Source: an uncultured virus (IMG/VR IMGVR_UViG_3300033406_000004) (taxonomy: Duplodnaviria > Heunggongvirae > Uroviricota > Caudoviricetes). From it: a stretch of 20,000 nt of DNA. Shown here piece by piece: positions 9,801 to 16,195 of the stretch. A model generated the notes under the pieces. The model was given only the letters and a program-made list of their open reading frames with translations, did not search any database and was not told where the DNA came from. A program made the position numbers and the translations under genes. The stretch lies in IMG/VR virus record IMGVR_UViG_3300033406_000004. One strand, given 5' to 3'. Positions within the stretch are counted from its first letter, which is position 1. Every line of letters begins with the position of its first letter.

Positions 9801-12501
9801 CGAGTGGAAGCGTGTTTTCTTCTTGTTCAGCAGGTGTTGTTTCTGACACATTGCTTTGTTCGCCCGACTGAGTAGTCTTATTCAGCCCTACATTTTCTGA
9901 TAAAATGTTATTTTCTTCATCGTTTACTGACGTATTTATGTTTTGCGGCTCTTCTTGGATATTCTCACTTTGAGCATCGGGAGCCGTCGGAGACTGACCG
10001 TTTATTGAGAGGATGTTATTCGATGGAACAACATAATCGTGCTGTCCGTCCGAAATAACGGCTTCTCCTTCCGGGGTGAATCTGGTGACTTCTCCCGTGA
10101 TGCCCTCTGATGTGGTTATGCTGCTTCCAATTTCCAAGGCGGGAGCCTCCTGTGGCAGTTCTGCTTCTTCCTGCTCTACAATTTGTTGCTCTGCGTCCTG
10201 CTCGGCCTGAGAGGCCATGTCTTCAATCGGTGTGGAATCGATCAAAGAAGAGAACATTGAAGGAGGTGCCATTTTGCGTTTTCCCTCTTCATCCAGATAA
10301 TAGATAACCGGGCTTGACTGCCTCTCATCAACATTGCCTTCATCATCAAATGCAAGTGTCCCGCCAACCACATGTGTCGGCTGTTCGGAAGCTTTGGAAG
10401 AAACACGAACGATGGCGTTCATCTCAGGATTAGCAACGCCCTCTACCTGTTTTCTAGCATTCTCTTTCGCTGTCTGTATCTTGTTTGATACATGATTCAG
10501 GTAACCATCAAAATCGCTTTTGGCGGTCAAGTAGTCTTCAATCAAATCTTTGTTTTGGCTTTCCGGCAACTTCTCGGGATGGGCCTCGTAATAATCCAAC
10601 TCCTCTTGAGGGACAGATTCAACTCTCTTTTTGGCCTCTTCAAAGCCGGTGTAGATCTCCGACTTGTTACGCTCTATGCCTTCGGGAACAGAACCTTCCT
10701 TCTCCGCTTTCTGCTCGGCTTCATTCATCCCTTCCAATTCGGTGAGGCGGCCAACAAAATTAAAGATGGCTTTCTTCTTTCCTTCATCCATGGAAGAAGA
10801 AGCGACCTTGGACAAATAGTCTTTTCTATCCTCTACGGATGCATTCTCTAGTGCTGATTTAATCTCACCGAATTGTGAGCCGTAGACATTGTTCGCTTCA
10901 TCCTCCGCTTGGGAAAGCTTTCTCTCGGCTTCCAGTTTAGGCCTGCGATAACCAATCGCTTTAGAAGAAGACATGATGCCACTCATAAGGCTGACGCTAA
11001 GGAATGTTTCCACATTCTGCCCGGGATCGACAACATCCGACCACGATTGATCCCCTACTATGGCGGCATTCATCGCATTGCCGGCTACTTCTTCGGCATA
11101 CTCGCCGAATGTACCGTGAAATTGAGCGTTCTTTTCAAAATCATTCACGGTCTTCGCCCAATCCGAAGTGCTTACCTTATTAAGCATTTCACCGACTTTA
11201 GTGGCTTTTAAAGCTTTGAATGGCTTGGTAGAAGAGATAACGTCACCCACTTTGCCAATGGCCGGTGCAAAATATTCTCCCAACATTTCGGAGAAATCAT
11301 TTATCGTATTGGAGGCGAAAGCTTTCCCAATCGCTTTAGGAGTTGTTTCTCCTCCCCCGGTGCCTGCGAATTGGGCACGCCCCTCTTTATCTTGGTTAAA
11401 CTTCACGTCTCCCGTTTTTCTGGCTAAGGCATCACCAGCAACATTACCTGCGTGAATCGTTGAGGACATGCCGGCGGCTCCGACAAGATCACCCGCAGTC
11501 CTCAAAATAGCATTCTTGATTATCTGCCCCGTTGTCTTCTCCGCGGCCTCGGTTCCGAACTTACCTACGGCCGCTTTGCCTAGTCCTTGTAAGCCACCCG
11601 ATAATAGGAAGTCTTTCATGTATGAAGCTGATTCAGCAGTGCCGGAACCTATCCTGTAAGGCATGCCGATATCTTTCATGAATTTCTCATCGGATAACGC
11701 TTCTAGTGCGGCACTTTCAAGAAGAGTTTTTTCGCTATCGCTTAAAGGTTCTCCTTTCTCTTTCTTCATGGCGGCAGAGAGCAGGGCACCATTTTCTTTC
11801 ATATCACTAACCCCGAAATCCCATGTGCCAAGCTTTTTAGCTTTATCATAAAATCCTCGACCTATCTCACTTATGGTATTGGTACCATTTGCCTTGCGTC
11901 GGGATGTATCAATGACATCCTTCACATCTTTCGCTTTATTGATAGATGCTTTGGCCGTCATAACAGGGGTGGATGATTCTATCGCATTCATCTGCCCGCC
12001 CGTTCCCTCGGAAGCCACATTGGCAAATGCGCTCAAGATAGGATGTTCGGTAGAGAACTTATTTCGTTTGTCAATCTCGCTGTTTATAGCCGCTCCGTAT
12101 TGTCCCTCTGCCCGTTGCTGAATATCATTCGCCTGCGCTTCGGCTTTCTTTCTCTGTTCCTCTTCGTAATAGTACGCCTTGGATTCAGGTTTCAGATGCT
12201 GAAAGACTGCGTAGGGCATTCCGAACACCTTCGTGTTTTTGCCTGTACCCTCAACATACTGAGAAACATGAGGAGAAGCATCGGAGGGTTTGAAATCAGA
12301 AGCGATGGAACTATAGAACGATTTGGAATCTCCTATCTCCTCGTTATTAAAACCAGCCTTCAACAGATTGTCATGGAACTTAGCCGCACTGGCTTCATCC
12401 TTTATCGCACTTTTAAACTGATCCCGGGTGCCTATCTCTGATTCGCTAACCTTGCCTGATTTGACAAGGTTATCATATAATTTATCTCTATTGTCTTGCA
12501 T
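3820..12501 (-). CDS. Large polyvalent / DNA-ejection (internal virion) protein, 2893 aa, with InPase, zincin metallopeptidase and LPD38-like domains
   Basis: Gly/Ala-rich helical N-terminal region, InPase motifs (GNYKMGH, DGDHIDV, DEHKV), HEIAGH...TEEYLAE peptidase motif, and a C-terminal LPD38-like region (LPDYIRQNNIVIP...IPLPIELR...NRSFTGRPIV). Third gene of a small-medium-large trio upstream of the portal. Confidence 0.85.
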   Translation of the reverse strand: MQDNRDKLYDNLVKSGKVSESEIGTRDQFKSAIKDEASAAKFHDNLLKAGFNNEEIGDSKSFYSSIASDFKPSDASPHVSQYVEGTGKNTKVFGMPYAVFQHLKPESKAYYYEEEQRKKAEAQANDIQQRAEGQYGAAINSEIDKRNKFSTEHPILSAFANVASEGTGGQMNAIESSTPVMTAKASINKAKDVKDVIDTSRRKANGTNTISEIGRGFYDKAKKLGTWDFGVSDMKENGALLSAAMKKEKGEPLSDSEKTLLESAALEALSDEKFMKDIGMPYRIGSGTAESASYMKDFLLSGGLQGLGKAAVGKFGTEAAEKTTGQIIKNAILRTAGDLVGAAGMSSTIHAGNVAGDALARKTGDVKFNQDKEGRAQFAGTGGGETTPKAIGKAFASNTINDFSEMLGEYFAPAIGKVGDVISSTKPFKALKATKVGEMLNKVSTSDWAKTVNDFEKNAQFHGTFGEYAEEVAGNAMNAAIVGDQSWSDVVDPGQNVETFLSVSLMSGIMSSSKAIGYRRPKLEAERKLSQAEDEANNVYGSQFGEIKSALENASVEDRKDYLSKVASSSMDEGKKKAIFNFVGRLTELEGMNEAEQKAEKEGSVPEGIERNKSEIYTGFEEAKKRVESVPQEELDYYEAHPEKLPESQNKDLIEDYLTAKSDFDGYLNHVSNKIQTAKENARKQVEGVANPEMNAIVRVSSKASEQPTHVVGGTLAFDDEGNVDERQSSPVIYYLDEEGKRKMAPPSMFSSLIDSTPIEDMASQAEQDAEQQIVEQEEAELPQEAPALEIGSSITTSEGITGEVTRFTPEGEAVISDGQHDYVVPSNNILSINGQSPTAPDAQSENIQEEPQNINTSVNDEENNILSENVGLNKTTQSGEQSNVSETTPAEQEENTLPLDKEGNVDYKQVSDPAVYAKALKKEFGEDALSIVEEDIANQQKQLSHAEKKGNAIEKARTKKRINQELSRLESIKSLLSPQKENEAPHDIATDEEYADWAADNSDDPIELAGAYGVAKEQSSHENILLPWQRELLGRKMNTNSFNRFGDRNKINGTFAKAWLRKDGEELDTLAQELSGFGNEVTENEIVDFMLSNPTNYVRTTSDLQKKLSGRFSEIASAEMGFSVGGPESNTGKLYLEYKKANHMIETEAQKKAFSDAVESDMIPAYERQTQSYIDFLDDEQMQALSSMRDEFEAAEYAEMLYEGMSIDEINEIYSQLNKEEDGQGEDSGDNDASKDGERLEGEQERNRTDGSEESDREAESENREDEIVSPLPQESNEDKSEKPNFVAPEIKTDESILDYASRIVKAKELSDEEQKVDANPSEAQKEAGNYKMGHVKIGGYDVTIENPKGSERKGIDNSGTPWSIKMNNSYGYFRGTKGKDGDHIDVFLGENLNPETVYVVDQVNPDGSFDEHKVMYGFNSEQEARDAYLANYEKGWTGLGNITGVSKDVFDKWLSTDTKKEKPFADYRKIEAAAITTDQESNSNAPLFRETDELEEIKDKAVADGSFMKAPNGKDSNLNDNTDIRYRGSETTMDNVANRVYRLSASFGRNINGRKPDFKYSQESGKSEYTPNSFVTDFELEASTLINTLNALKEDATDAAKEYIQGFIDRLNDQTEYYKKLDKNGGVSNQDYKALYHRSADSLNDLLRDLTSKPESKEQEAISKSVSELSDKLNTPVRLIKDMNEITDDNASLQLRKKTSKGWFDPKTGEIVIVLPNATSVADAQRTMLHEIAGHKGLRGLFGDKFDDTIDDIFKSLPDDIKKHVSEQAISKYNYDIATATEEYLAEQAESGTDPSIWNKVISAIKELFRKAGIELEMSDNDIKYLLWRSRNNLENGTIEERIDKKMRDLDIRDKLFREIPDEEKKPPVIDSNTLSKENIGDQIKIAEEAVELTDEEKKDFSAKLRNDRFREGWQDRMLPLRRFQELVSGHTGRKIEEFCDAYTNENTIASRSTYEIEQFKNDYLKPLVNAVVKLGDAELVKSYMKAKHGIERNLHMRNAAIERKQKQMDEHVLGIANGLQQDLMSLRSKKGTTQADIDKFQKKIDQTVETAKKAAIKNLSNYAIKQQSVDYAGLTGLQHRLFKQEETDPLLEDEIVLFIEEFEEDHDSKDVESLWNSVRRANTFSLNKQLSSGCIDKATKKQISEMYKYYIPLRAWSEETAGDFYDYFFKDENDVVNNPLMKANGRKSESGDPLASIASMAESAVFIGNKNEMKQHLLSLVRNYPTNMATIAPVWYRNNGDVWQEVVPELTGNREEDLDTLERFNQQMEELEKSGLAKKVTKGLSLDVPIKKWQADQHAIKVKENGKDLVIYINGDPRVAQAVNGLNNVKPFDNKLVKTQGDIKRFMTQNFTTRNPAFVLSNLSRDMIYAMTMNGIREDASYNFAFIKAIPEASSTITRYLTGKEGDGKYDKYFDEFLSNGGETGFVALTSYEQYKKEIKREIDKANGTGKMSDAFHVIAKGLSGCNRWAEDMSRFSAYIASREEGRSIVRSVKDAKELSVNFNRKGSGAGGNWLADMSYFFLNAGIQGMYNFSHTFKNYPVRTSIAMGSWMMLGAMMPLMYNILSGGDDDYDKLPDYIRQNNIVIPFFGEDNFVTIPLPIELRAFFGVGDILSQFVGGKYNDRNVGADVLGKLLDASPRNFIEGSDKGENGLVGAAFVNLTPDAIKPFVDAYITNRSFTGRPIVKKNEYNTYIPEYRKVYKGTSQMLVKSSQALNSMTGGDFATKGWADSPLLNPGAVEHLFFSYMGGVGKTILQTVKSTVGPLVGEDVALKDIPVVNRFGYQFDPAMPNSVVNERYQKYVKLLEESQSRDREYKRGLRQGFDLGDSYIEKKSDEEERRMMIVKAYKNQIDDIASLLQLADEGSSDKIKNEIADMKFKMLDELDQMDKK
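4140..4790 (-). other. LPD38-like C-terminal domain of the giant protein (approximate limits)
   Basis: DYDKLPDYIRQNNIVIP, IPLPIEL, PDAIKPFVDAYITNRSFTGRPI and YMGGVG pattern, recalled from polyvalent-protein C-termini. Confidence 0.7.
6990..7480 (-). other. Zincin-like metallopeptidase domain (HExxxH) of the giant protein (approximate limits)
   Basis: KGWFDPKTGEIVIV strand, TMLHEIAGHKGLR (HEIAGH at 7291..7308) and downstream TEEYLAEQAE carrying the likely third ligand. Confidence 0.75.
7915..8015 (-). other. Remnant N-terminal leader of a polyvalent-protein ADP-ribosyltransferase domain, fused directly to its end linker
   Basis: IKDKAVADGSFMKAPNGKDSNLN is followed at once by DNTDIRYR. The expected QW-QVRT-FK-WFGDW...VYHG core is absent. 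Confidence 0.55.
8090..8550 (-). other. Inorganic pyrophosphatase-like (InPase) domain of the giant protein
   Basis: VDANPSEAQKEAGNYKMGH...IENPKGSER...YGYFRGTKGKDGDHIDVFLG...FDEHKVMYGF. DGDxxD is the family I PPase acidic motif. Confidence 0.85.
8694..8834 (-). CDS. Putative nested out-of-frame gene, 46 aa: MDKVKIAEIMTLRKMEKDLKESKNEIEQMALKSLIEKQKAKIEKMK
   Basis: Translated by hand in the +1 frame of the giant gene, ATG at 8834 to TAG at 8694. A-rich leader TTAAATAAAGAAGAAG with A at -3. Amphipathic two-helix pattern with no Pro, Gly, Cys or Trp. Confidence 0.6.
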   Translation of the reverse strand: MDKVKIAEIMTLRKMEKDLKESKNEIEQMALKSLIEKQKAKIEKMK

Positions 12502-12503
12502 AA

Positions 12504-13616
12504 CTAAGGAAGTAAAGAGGGTTTGTTGTTATTCGGCAAAAGGCTTGCAGATTTTGCGGCTTTTGGAGTTGGAGCGCCTCCTCCGACCAGTTGATTGAAC
12601 TCTCCTGTGAGTTGGGGAAAGTCGGCTATGCGACGCTTTACAATAGAGATGATCTTGGTCGCCTGATCTCCGCCTTCACCCATTTTCATATTGATATCAT
12701 CCAGTGTTCCGTATTTCTGGGGATTCTTCTCCGACTCTTCTTTCATCCTATTGTAGAGAGACAAAAGGGCACCATTCTTACTCTTGGGATAATCTACGGT
12801 TGTGCGTTTACCGTCGGATCCGGTAAGCGTAATAGAATCCATGCCGGTGGAGGAATTACCTTTGCTCGCATTCGTGGCCGCATTCTGTTGAGCGGCCTGA
12901 GCGGACATGCGTTGAGATTGAGCGTTGTAACCCGCCGTGCTCTCCGATTTCTTATTATGCCTTGCCGTCTCCATAAGAACCTTGTCGGCATGTTCCTGAC
13001 TGATTTTATGATTGCGGACCTGTTCCTGCAGAGCGTCATACTTATACTTCATCTCTTCACCAAACTGTCCGTTCTGTATATCAAGCTTATACTTGTCAAG
13101 CGATTGCTTTTGCTTTAGTTGGTCTTCGGCACGCTTTAGCTCAAAGTCTTTGTATTGAGAGCTGAGAACTTTGTTCTGATAATCAATATTCTCATTTCGT
13201 TTCATATCTTGCAAGCTCTGAATCCGCTCATTGGCTTTTGCCGTTTGACTTTGCATGGGAGAAAAAGCCCGTGCGCCCCTGCTAAGGGCCATTCCTTGTG
13301 CGAAGATGTTAGCCATGTCACCTATGAGGGCGGCACTACGATTTCTTCTGAGACGTTTTTCTTCATCGTCAAAATTTGGCCTGTTCCAGTTCTTAAGGAC
13401 ATTATAATATCCCTCGCTGCTAACTCTGTCTGAAACAGAAGGAACATTCTTTTCTTGAGGTACTTCGTCTTGGGGTGGGACTTGCTCAACAGGCTGCTGA
13501 GTTGTCTGAACTTCATCAACAGGCTGTGTAACCGGAACTGCCGGATCTGCAGAATCTGCTATAGCAGGTTGCTTGGCGGTTTTCTCTGTAGGATATAAGT
13601 ATTCAGTCAGTCTCAT
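12504..13616 (-). CDS. Putative medium ejection / internal virion protein, 370 aa
   Basis: P/Q/V-rich N-terminus, an amphipathic segment (AALIGDMANIFAQGMAL), a long coiled coil and an Ala/Ser/Gln-rich linker. ATGA overlap with the upstream gene and a 2-nt gap to the giant gene. Function inferred from position. Confidence 0.6.
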   Translation of the reverse strand: MRLTEYLYPTEKTAKQPAIADSADPAVPVTQPVDEVQTTQQPVEQVPPQDEVPQEKNVPSVSDRVSSEGYYNVLKNWNRPNFDDEEKRLRRNRSAALIGDMANIFAQGMALSRGARAFSPMQSQTAKANERIQSLQDMKRNENIDYQNKVLSSQYKDFELKRAEDQLKQKQSLDKYKLDIQNGQFGEEMKYKYDALQEQVRNHKISQEHADKVLMETARHNKKSESTAGYNAQSQRMSAQAAQQNAATNASKGNSSTGMDSITLTGSDGKRTTVDYPKSKNGALLSLYNRMKEESEKNPQKYGTLDDINMKMGEGGDQATKIISIVKRRIADFPQLTGEFNQLVGGGAPTPKAAKSASLLPNNNKPSLLP

Positions 13617-14173
13617 GCTAAGTTGTTTTTCTTAATTGTGTCGTTAACTGTAGGAGCACTGGAGGCTCCACTCTTACCCCAATTTACTCCCTGAAGGGCC
13701 TGACCGATTAATCCCATACTATTAGAGCCAACCTGTGAAGCACCGTTTTCACCGGCTGCCGATTGAGCTATTTTCTGACTCATTACATTTTGCTGATTCT
13801 GATTATTCACGGCATCAACCTGCTCTTTTTTCTCGTCCCCTCTGGCGGCCAGTCCGGCAACGGTGTCACTCATCAGTTTCTGATCGTTCGCCTGCTGGGC
13901 CAGAACGCCTTCTTGTGTGCCTCCTGTTACGGCTGCCGTAGCCTGAGCTTCCTGATTACGTCTGCGCATTGTATCCTCGACTCTCTTTATGGCAGCCTTT
14001 GAACCGGTAGAATCTAAATAATCCTGATAGTAATTACGCTCATACCAGGCATTGTTTTTCGCCTCTTGCTGCTTTAGCAAATTCTTTTGCTCTTTAGCAG
14101 CATCTGCCGATTTAAACATCCCGTAAATTCCGTTGGCCAGACCGACACCGGCTCCAATTGCACTTAATAACAT
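13613..14173 (-). CDS. Putative small ejection protein (P22 gp7 / T7 gp14-like), 186 aa
   Basis: N-terminal Gly/Ala hydrophobic segment (LLSAIGAGVGLANGIYGMF), then a Gln/Ala coiled coil and a Gly-rich C-terminal segment. First gene of the trio. Confidence 0.68.
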   Translation of the reverse strand: MLLSAIGAGVGLANGIYGMFKSADAAKEQKNLLKQQEAKNNAWYERNYYQDYLDSTGSKAAIKRVEDTMRRRNQEAQATAAVTGGTQEGVLAQQANDQKLMSDTVAGLAARGDEKKEQVDAVNNQNQQNVMSQKIAQSAAGENGASQVGSNSMGLIGQALQGVNWGKSGASSAPTVNDTIKKNNLA

Positions 14174-14202
14174 ATCTATAAGTTTTAATTAATTTCTATG
14201 GG

Positions 14203-14210
14203 CAAACTTA
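14203..14210 (-). promoter_or_regulatory. -7 box TAAGTTTG for the ejection-gene operon
   Basis: Matches TAnnTTTG about 30 nt upstream of the ATG at 14173, followed by an AT-rich leader. Confidence 0.6.
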
Positions 14211-14307
14211 GATATGGGAGAGAAGTTAAAGGTTTCAGAATTACAAAATAGAGTTGTTGTTTTACCACTATTTATTACAGGCTTACTACTTGCTTACTAT
14301 TTCTTTA

Positions 14308-14315
14308 TAGTTTTG
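14308..14315 (+). promoter_or_regulatory. -7 box TAGTTTTG for the divergent HTH gene
   Basis: Matches TAnnTTTG about 31 nt upstream of the ATG at 14347. Confidence 0.55.
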
Positions 14316-14346
14316 TAGATCAACAACTTACGGAAAATTAGTGATT

Positions 14347-14832
14347 ATGAAAAAAGTCAAACAATATAATGCACCTGCGACCGGGACGAGAAGAAAATAT
14401 AGCATGGAAGAGAAAGTGGAAATTCTTCGCGTGCTCAAAGACAATTCGTACGACTACAAAAAGACGAGCGTTCAGACGGGATGCAATTATGGCACGCTGA
14501 AAATGTGGTATGTGAAGTACAAAGACAACTTGGCCAATCTGAATGCCGTCGATATGATTGCGGAGAAAACAGAGCTCAATTTATCAAAGGCGAAAGTAAG
14601 ATTCATCGAAAGACATTATAACCAGTTAAGCCAACTGGCGGAAACATCAATAGGCAGGGCATTGGAATTGCTCAAAGACGAGAAAGACCTGAATAAGGTT
14701 AACGACACGATTAAGATAGTGACGGATTACTTCGCCAAGCTATCCACCAATGAAGAGCAGAAAGAGACGGGGAACAGCCTTATACAACAAACCATCATAG
14801 CACTGAACTCTTTTAATAAGTCCGAGCAATAA
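14347..14832 (+). CDS. N-terminal helix-turn-helix protein; candidate terminase small subunit or regulator
   Basis: RRKYSMEEKVEILRVL...YKKTSVQTGCNYGTLKMW is an HTH of the HTH_Tnp_1/TerS type, followed by long helices. ATG 14347 preferred over GTG 14341. Confidence 0.6.
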   Translation: MKKVKQYNAPATGTRRKYSMEEKVEILRVLKDNSYDYKKTSVQTGCNYGTLKMWYVKYKDNLANLNAVDMIAEKTELNLSKAKVRFIERHYNQLSQLAETSIGRALELLKDEKDLNKVNDTIKIVTDYFAKLSTNEEQKETGNSLIQQTIIALNSFNKSEQ

Positions 14833-14852
14833 TATCCTCACCGCATATTTAT

Positions 14853-14879
14853 AAAAAAGGCTGCTTATCAGGCAGCCTT
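14853..14879 (-). terminator. Intrinsic terminator downstream of the integrase, possibly also serving the HTH gene
   Basis: Minus strand reads AAGGCTGC-CTGATAA-GCAGCC-TTTTTT, between convergent stop codons. Confidence 0.8.
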
Positions 14880-14885
14880 CAATGT

Positions 14886-16094
14886 TTAGTAATTCACTAC
14901 CGCCAGATCAAAATCTCCCGGAGAATTGGTATAATCAATAACTCGGCAAATTGCCGCATCGGCCTGTCTTTGCATGATACGCACATAATTGTAAATTGGG
15001 CGGTTCTCTTTCATCGACTGGCCTATACAATATTCAATGATCTCCGTCTTTATTCCAAGGTCGAAAGCAAACTGAGAGAAAGTCTTTCTTCCGGAGTAAA
15101 AAGAGAACTCTGTTTCAATGCCTACCACTTTGGCCAGATTCTTCAAACACCTGTTTAAATAGCGTTGGAAGTTTGAATACGAGAAATTATACCCGAAATC
15201 CAACTTCCCGTTTCTCTTTAGGTATTTCTTGATAATTGGTTTGGCTTCATCCGGAATAGAAAAGGTTATCGACTTATCTCCCTGCTTATTCAAGTTCGTT
15301 TTTTGCCGGACATACTTTATCGTGTCACCGCTGAAATCCACCTGAACGATATCGGCCAGATTCATTCCGCCAAGATAGAAAGAGAGCAGAAACAAATCTT
15401 TTGCGAGGGACAAACGTTTGTGTTTGGTCTCGAGCGTGCGGATTCGGTTAAACTCCTCTATTGTTATATCCAACTGCTTGATGTTGGACCTTGGCATTTT
15501 GGTATATGCGAAAGGATGGACCTCGTATTTAACCATACCGTCACGTATGGCCTCGTTGATACTGGCTTTCAGATGAGTCAGGCGCATTTGCTTGGTTGCG
15601 TTGCTCAAGTTACTCATACCCCTGACAAACTTATCAATGGTTCCGGGAGAGAAACTTTGAAGGGTTATGTCACCAATGATATTAAGTATCTTGGTGAGGG
15701 TGTAGACATTCATATCCGCATAACTCCCCCTGCCCTCTTTCCGCAATCTCTCAATGCGTTGTTCCATCCATTCTTTGATGGTGGTCAACTGCTCTATCCG
15801 ATGTTTGCCTTCGAGTATTTCTTTTATCTGTGCGCTATTGTATACATACTGATCAGGAATGCCCTCAAGCTTCTCCTGATATTCCGAAAGAACATACTTT
15901 AGACGCAGATTCATCGTGTTTGCGTCTTTGCGACAGATAACCTTGCCATTTTCAAATTGGTATAGACCATCAATCACATAATCCGTTTTAATGTAACGGA
16001 TGTCATTGCGGGTTTGCATAACCGCAATATAAATAGGATACTTTTTTTCTAAAGTTCGTCTTGATCTTAAGACTGATAAATAAATTGTTGCCAT
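14886..16094 (-). CDS. int: Tyrosine recombinase / phage integrase (Bacteroidetes type: arm-binding, SAM-like and catalytic domains)
   Basis: 402 aa. N-terminal YPIYIAV...RYIKT arm-binding pattern, LFLLSFYLGGMNLADI, YVRQKT, FYSGRKTF, IGQS and C-terminal YNYV. Adjacent to a tRNA 3' end. Confidence 0.92.
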   Translation of the reverse strand: MATIYLSVLRSRRTLEKKYPIYIAVMQTRNDIRYIKTDYVIDGLYQFENGKVICRKDANTMNLRLKYVLSEYQEKLEGIPDQYVYNSAQIKEILEGKHRIEQLTTIKEWMEQRIERLRKEGRGSYADMNVYTLTKILNIIGDITLQSFSPGTIDKFVRGMSNLSNATKQMRLTHLKASINEAIRDGMVKYEVHPFAYTKMPRSNIKQLDITIEEFNRIRTLETKHKRLSLAKDLFLLSFYLGGMNLADIVQVDFSGDTIKYVRQKTNLNKQGDKSITFSIPDEAKPIIKKYLKRNGKLDFGYNFSYSNFQRYLNRCLKNLAKVVGIETEFSFYSGRKTFSQFAFDLGIKTEIIEYCIGQSMKENRPIYNYVRIMQRQADAAICRVIDYTNSPGDFDLAVVNY

Positions 16095-16107
16095 AATTTA
16101 AAATGTT

Positions 16108-16131
16108 CAGCGACAAGCACAGCGACAAGCA
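16108..16131. repeat. Perfect 12-bp tandem direct repeat CAGCGACAAGCA x2; candidate integrase arm-type sites
   Basis: 16108..16119 and 16120..16131 are identical and lie between the int start and the tRNA end. Confidence 0.7.
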
Positions 16132-16195
16132 GATTTGCTCATGTACGGGTAAGTTTGCCGTTTTTTTTAAATATCACAACATTTTCCGAGAAAGG

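Noticed and set aside
10498..10520. DFDGY in the giant protein as a possible virion RNA polymerase DxDGD motif
   Set aside because: The third Asp is missing and the context is a coiled coil; no other polymerase motifs are seen.
389..13433. Numerous 60-175 aa ORFs from the track overlapping terL, portal and the ejection genes
   Set aside because: Antisense or alternative-frame shadows of strong genes, with no motifs and no convincing initiation context.
12794..13519. Alternative-frame ORFs (81 aa and 65 aa) within the 370-aa gene
   Set aside because: Composition is typical of shifted frames (the 81-aa ORF is Arg/Pro-rich), with no protein-like periodicity.
1732..14346. Portal-ejection block as a site-specifically invertible segment
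   Set aside because: No inverted repeats were found by eye between the two flanking intergenic regions.
14341..14832. HTH gene as an IS3-family transposase OrfA
   Set aside because: No downstream DDE OrfB, frameshift signal or terminal inverted repeats.
14970..15902. 62-aa and 199-aa plus-strand ORFs opposite the integrase
   Set aside because: Antisense shadows with no recognisable features.
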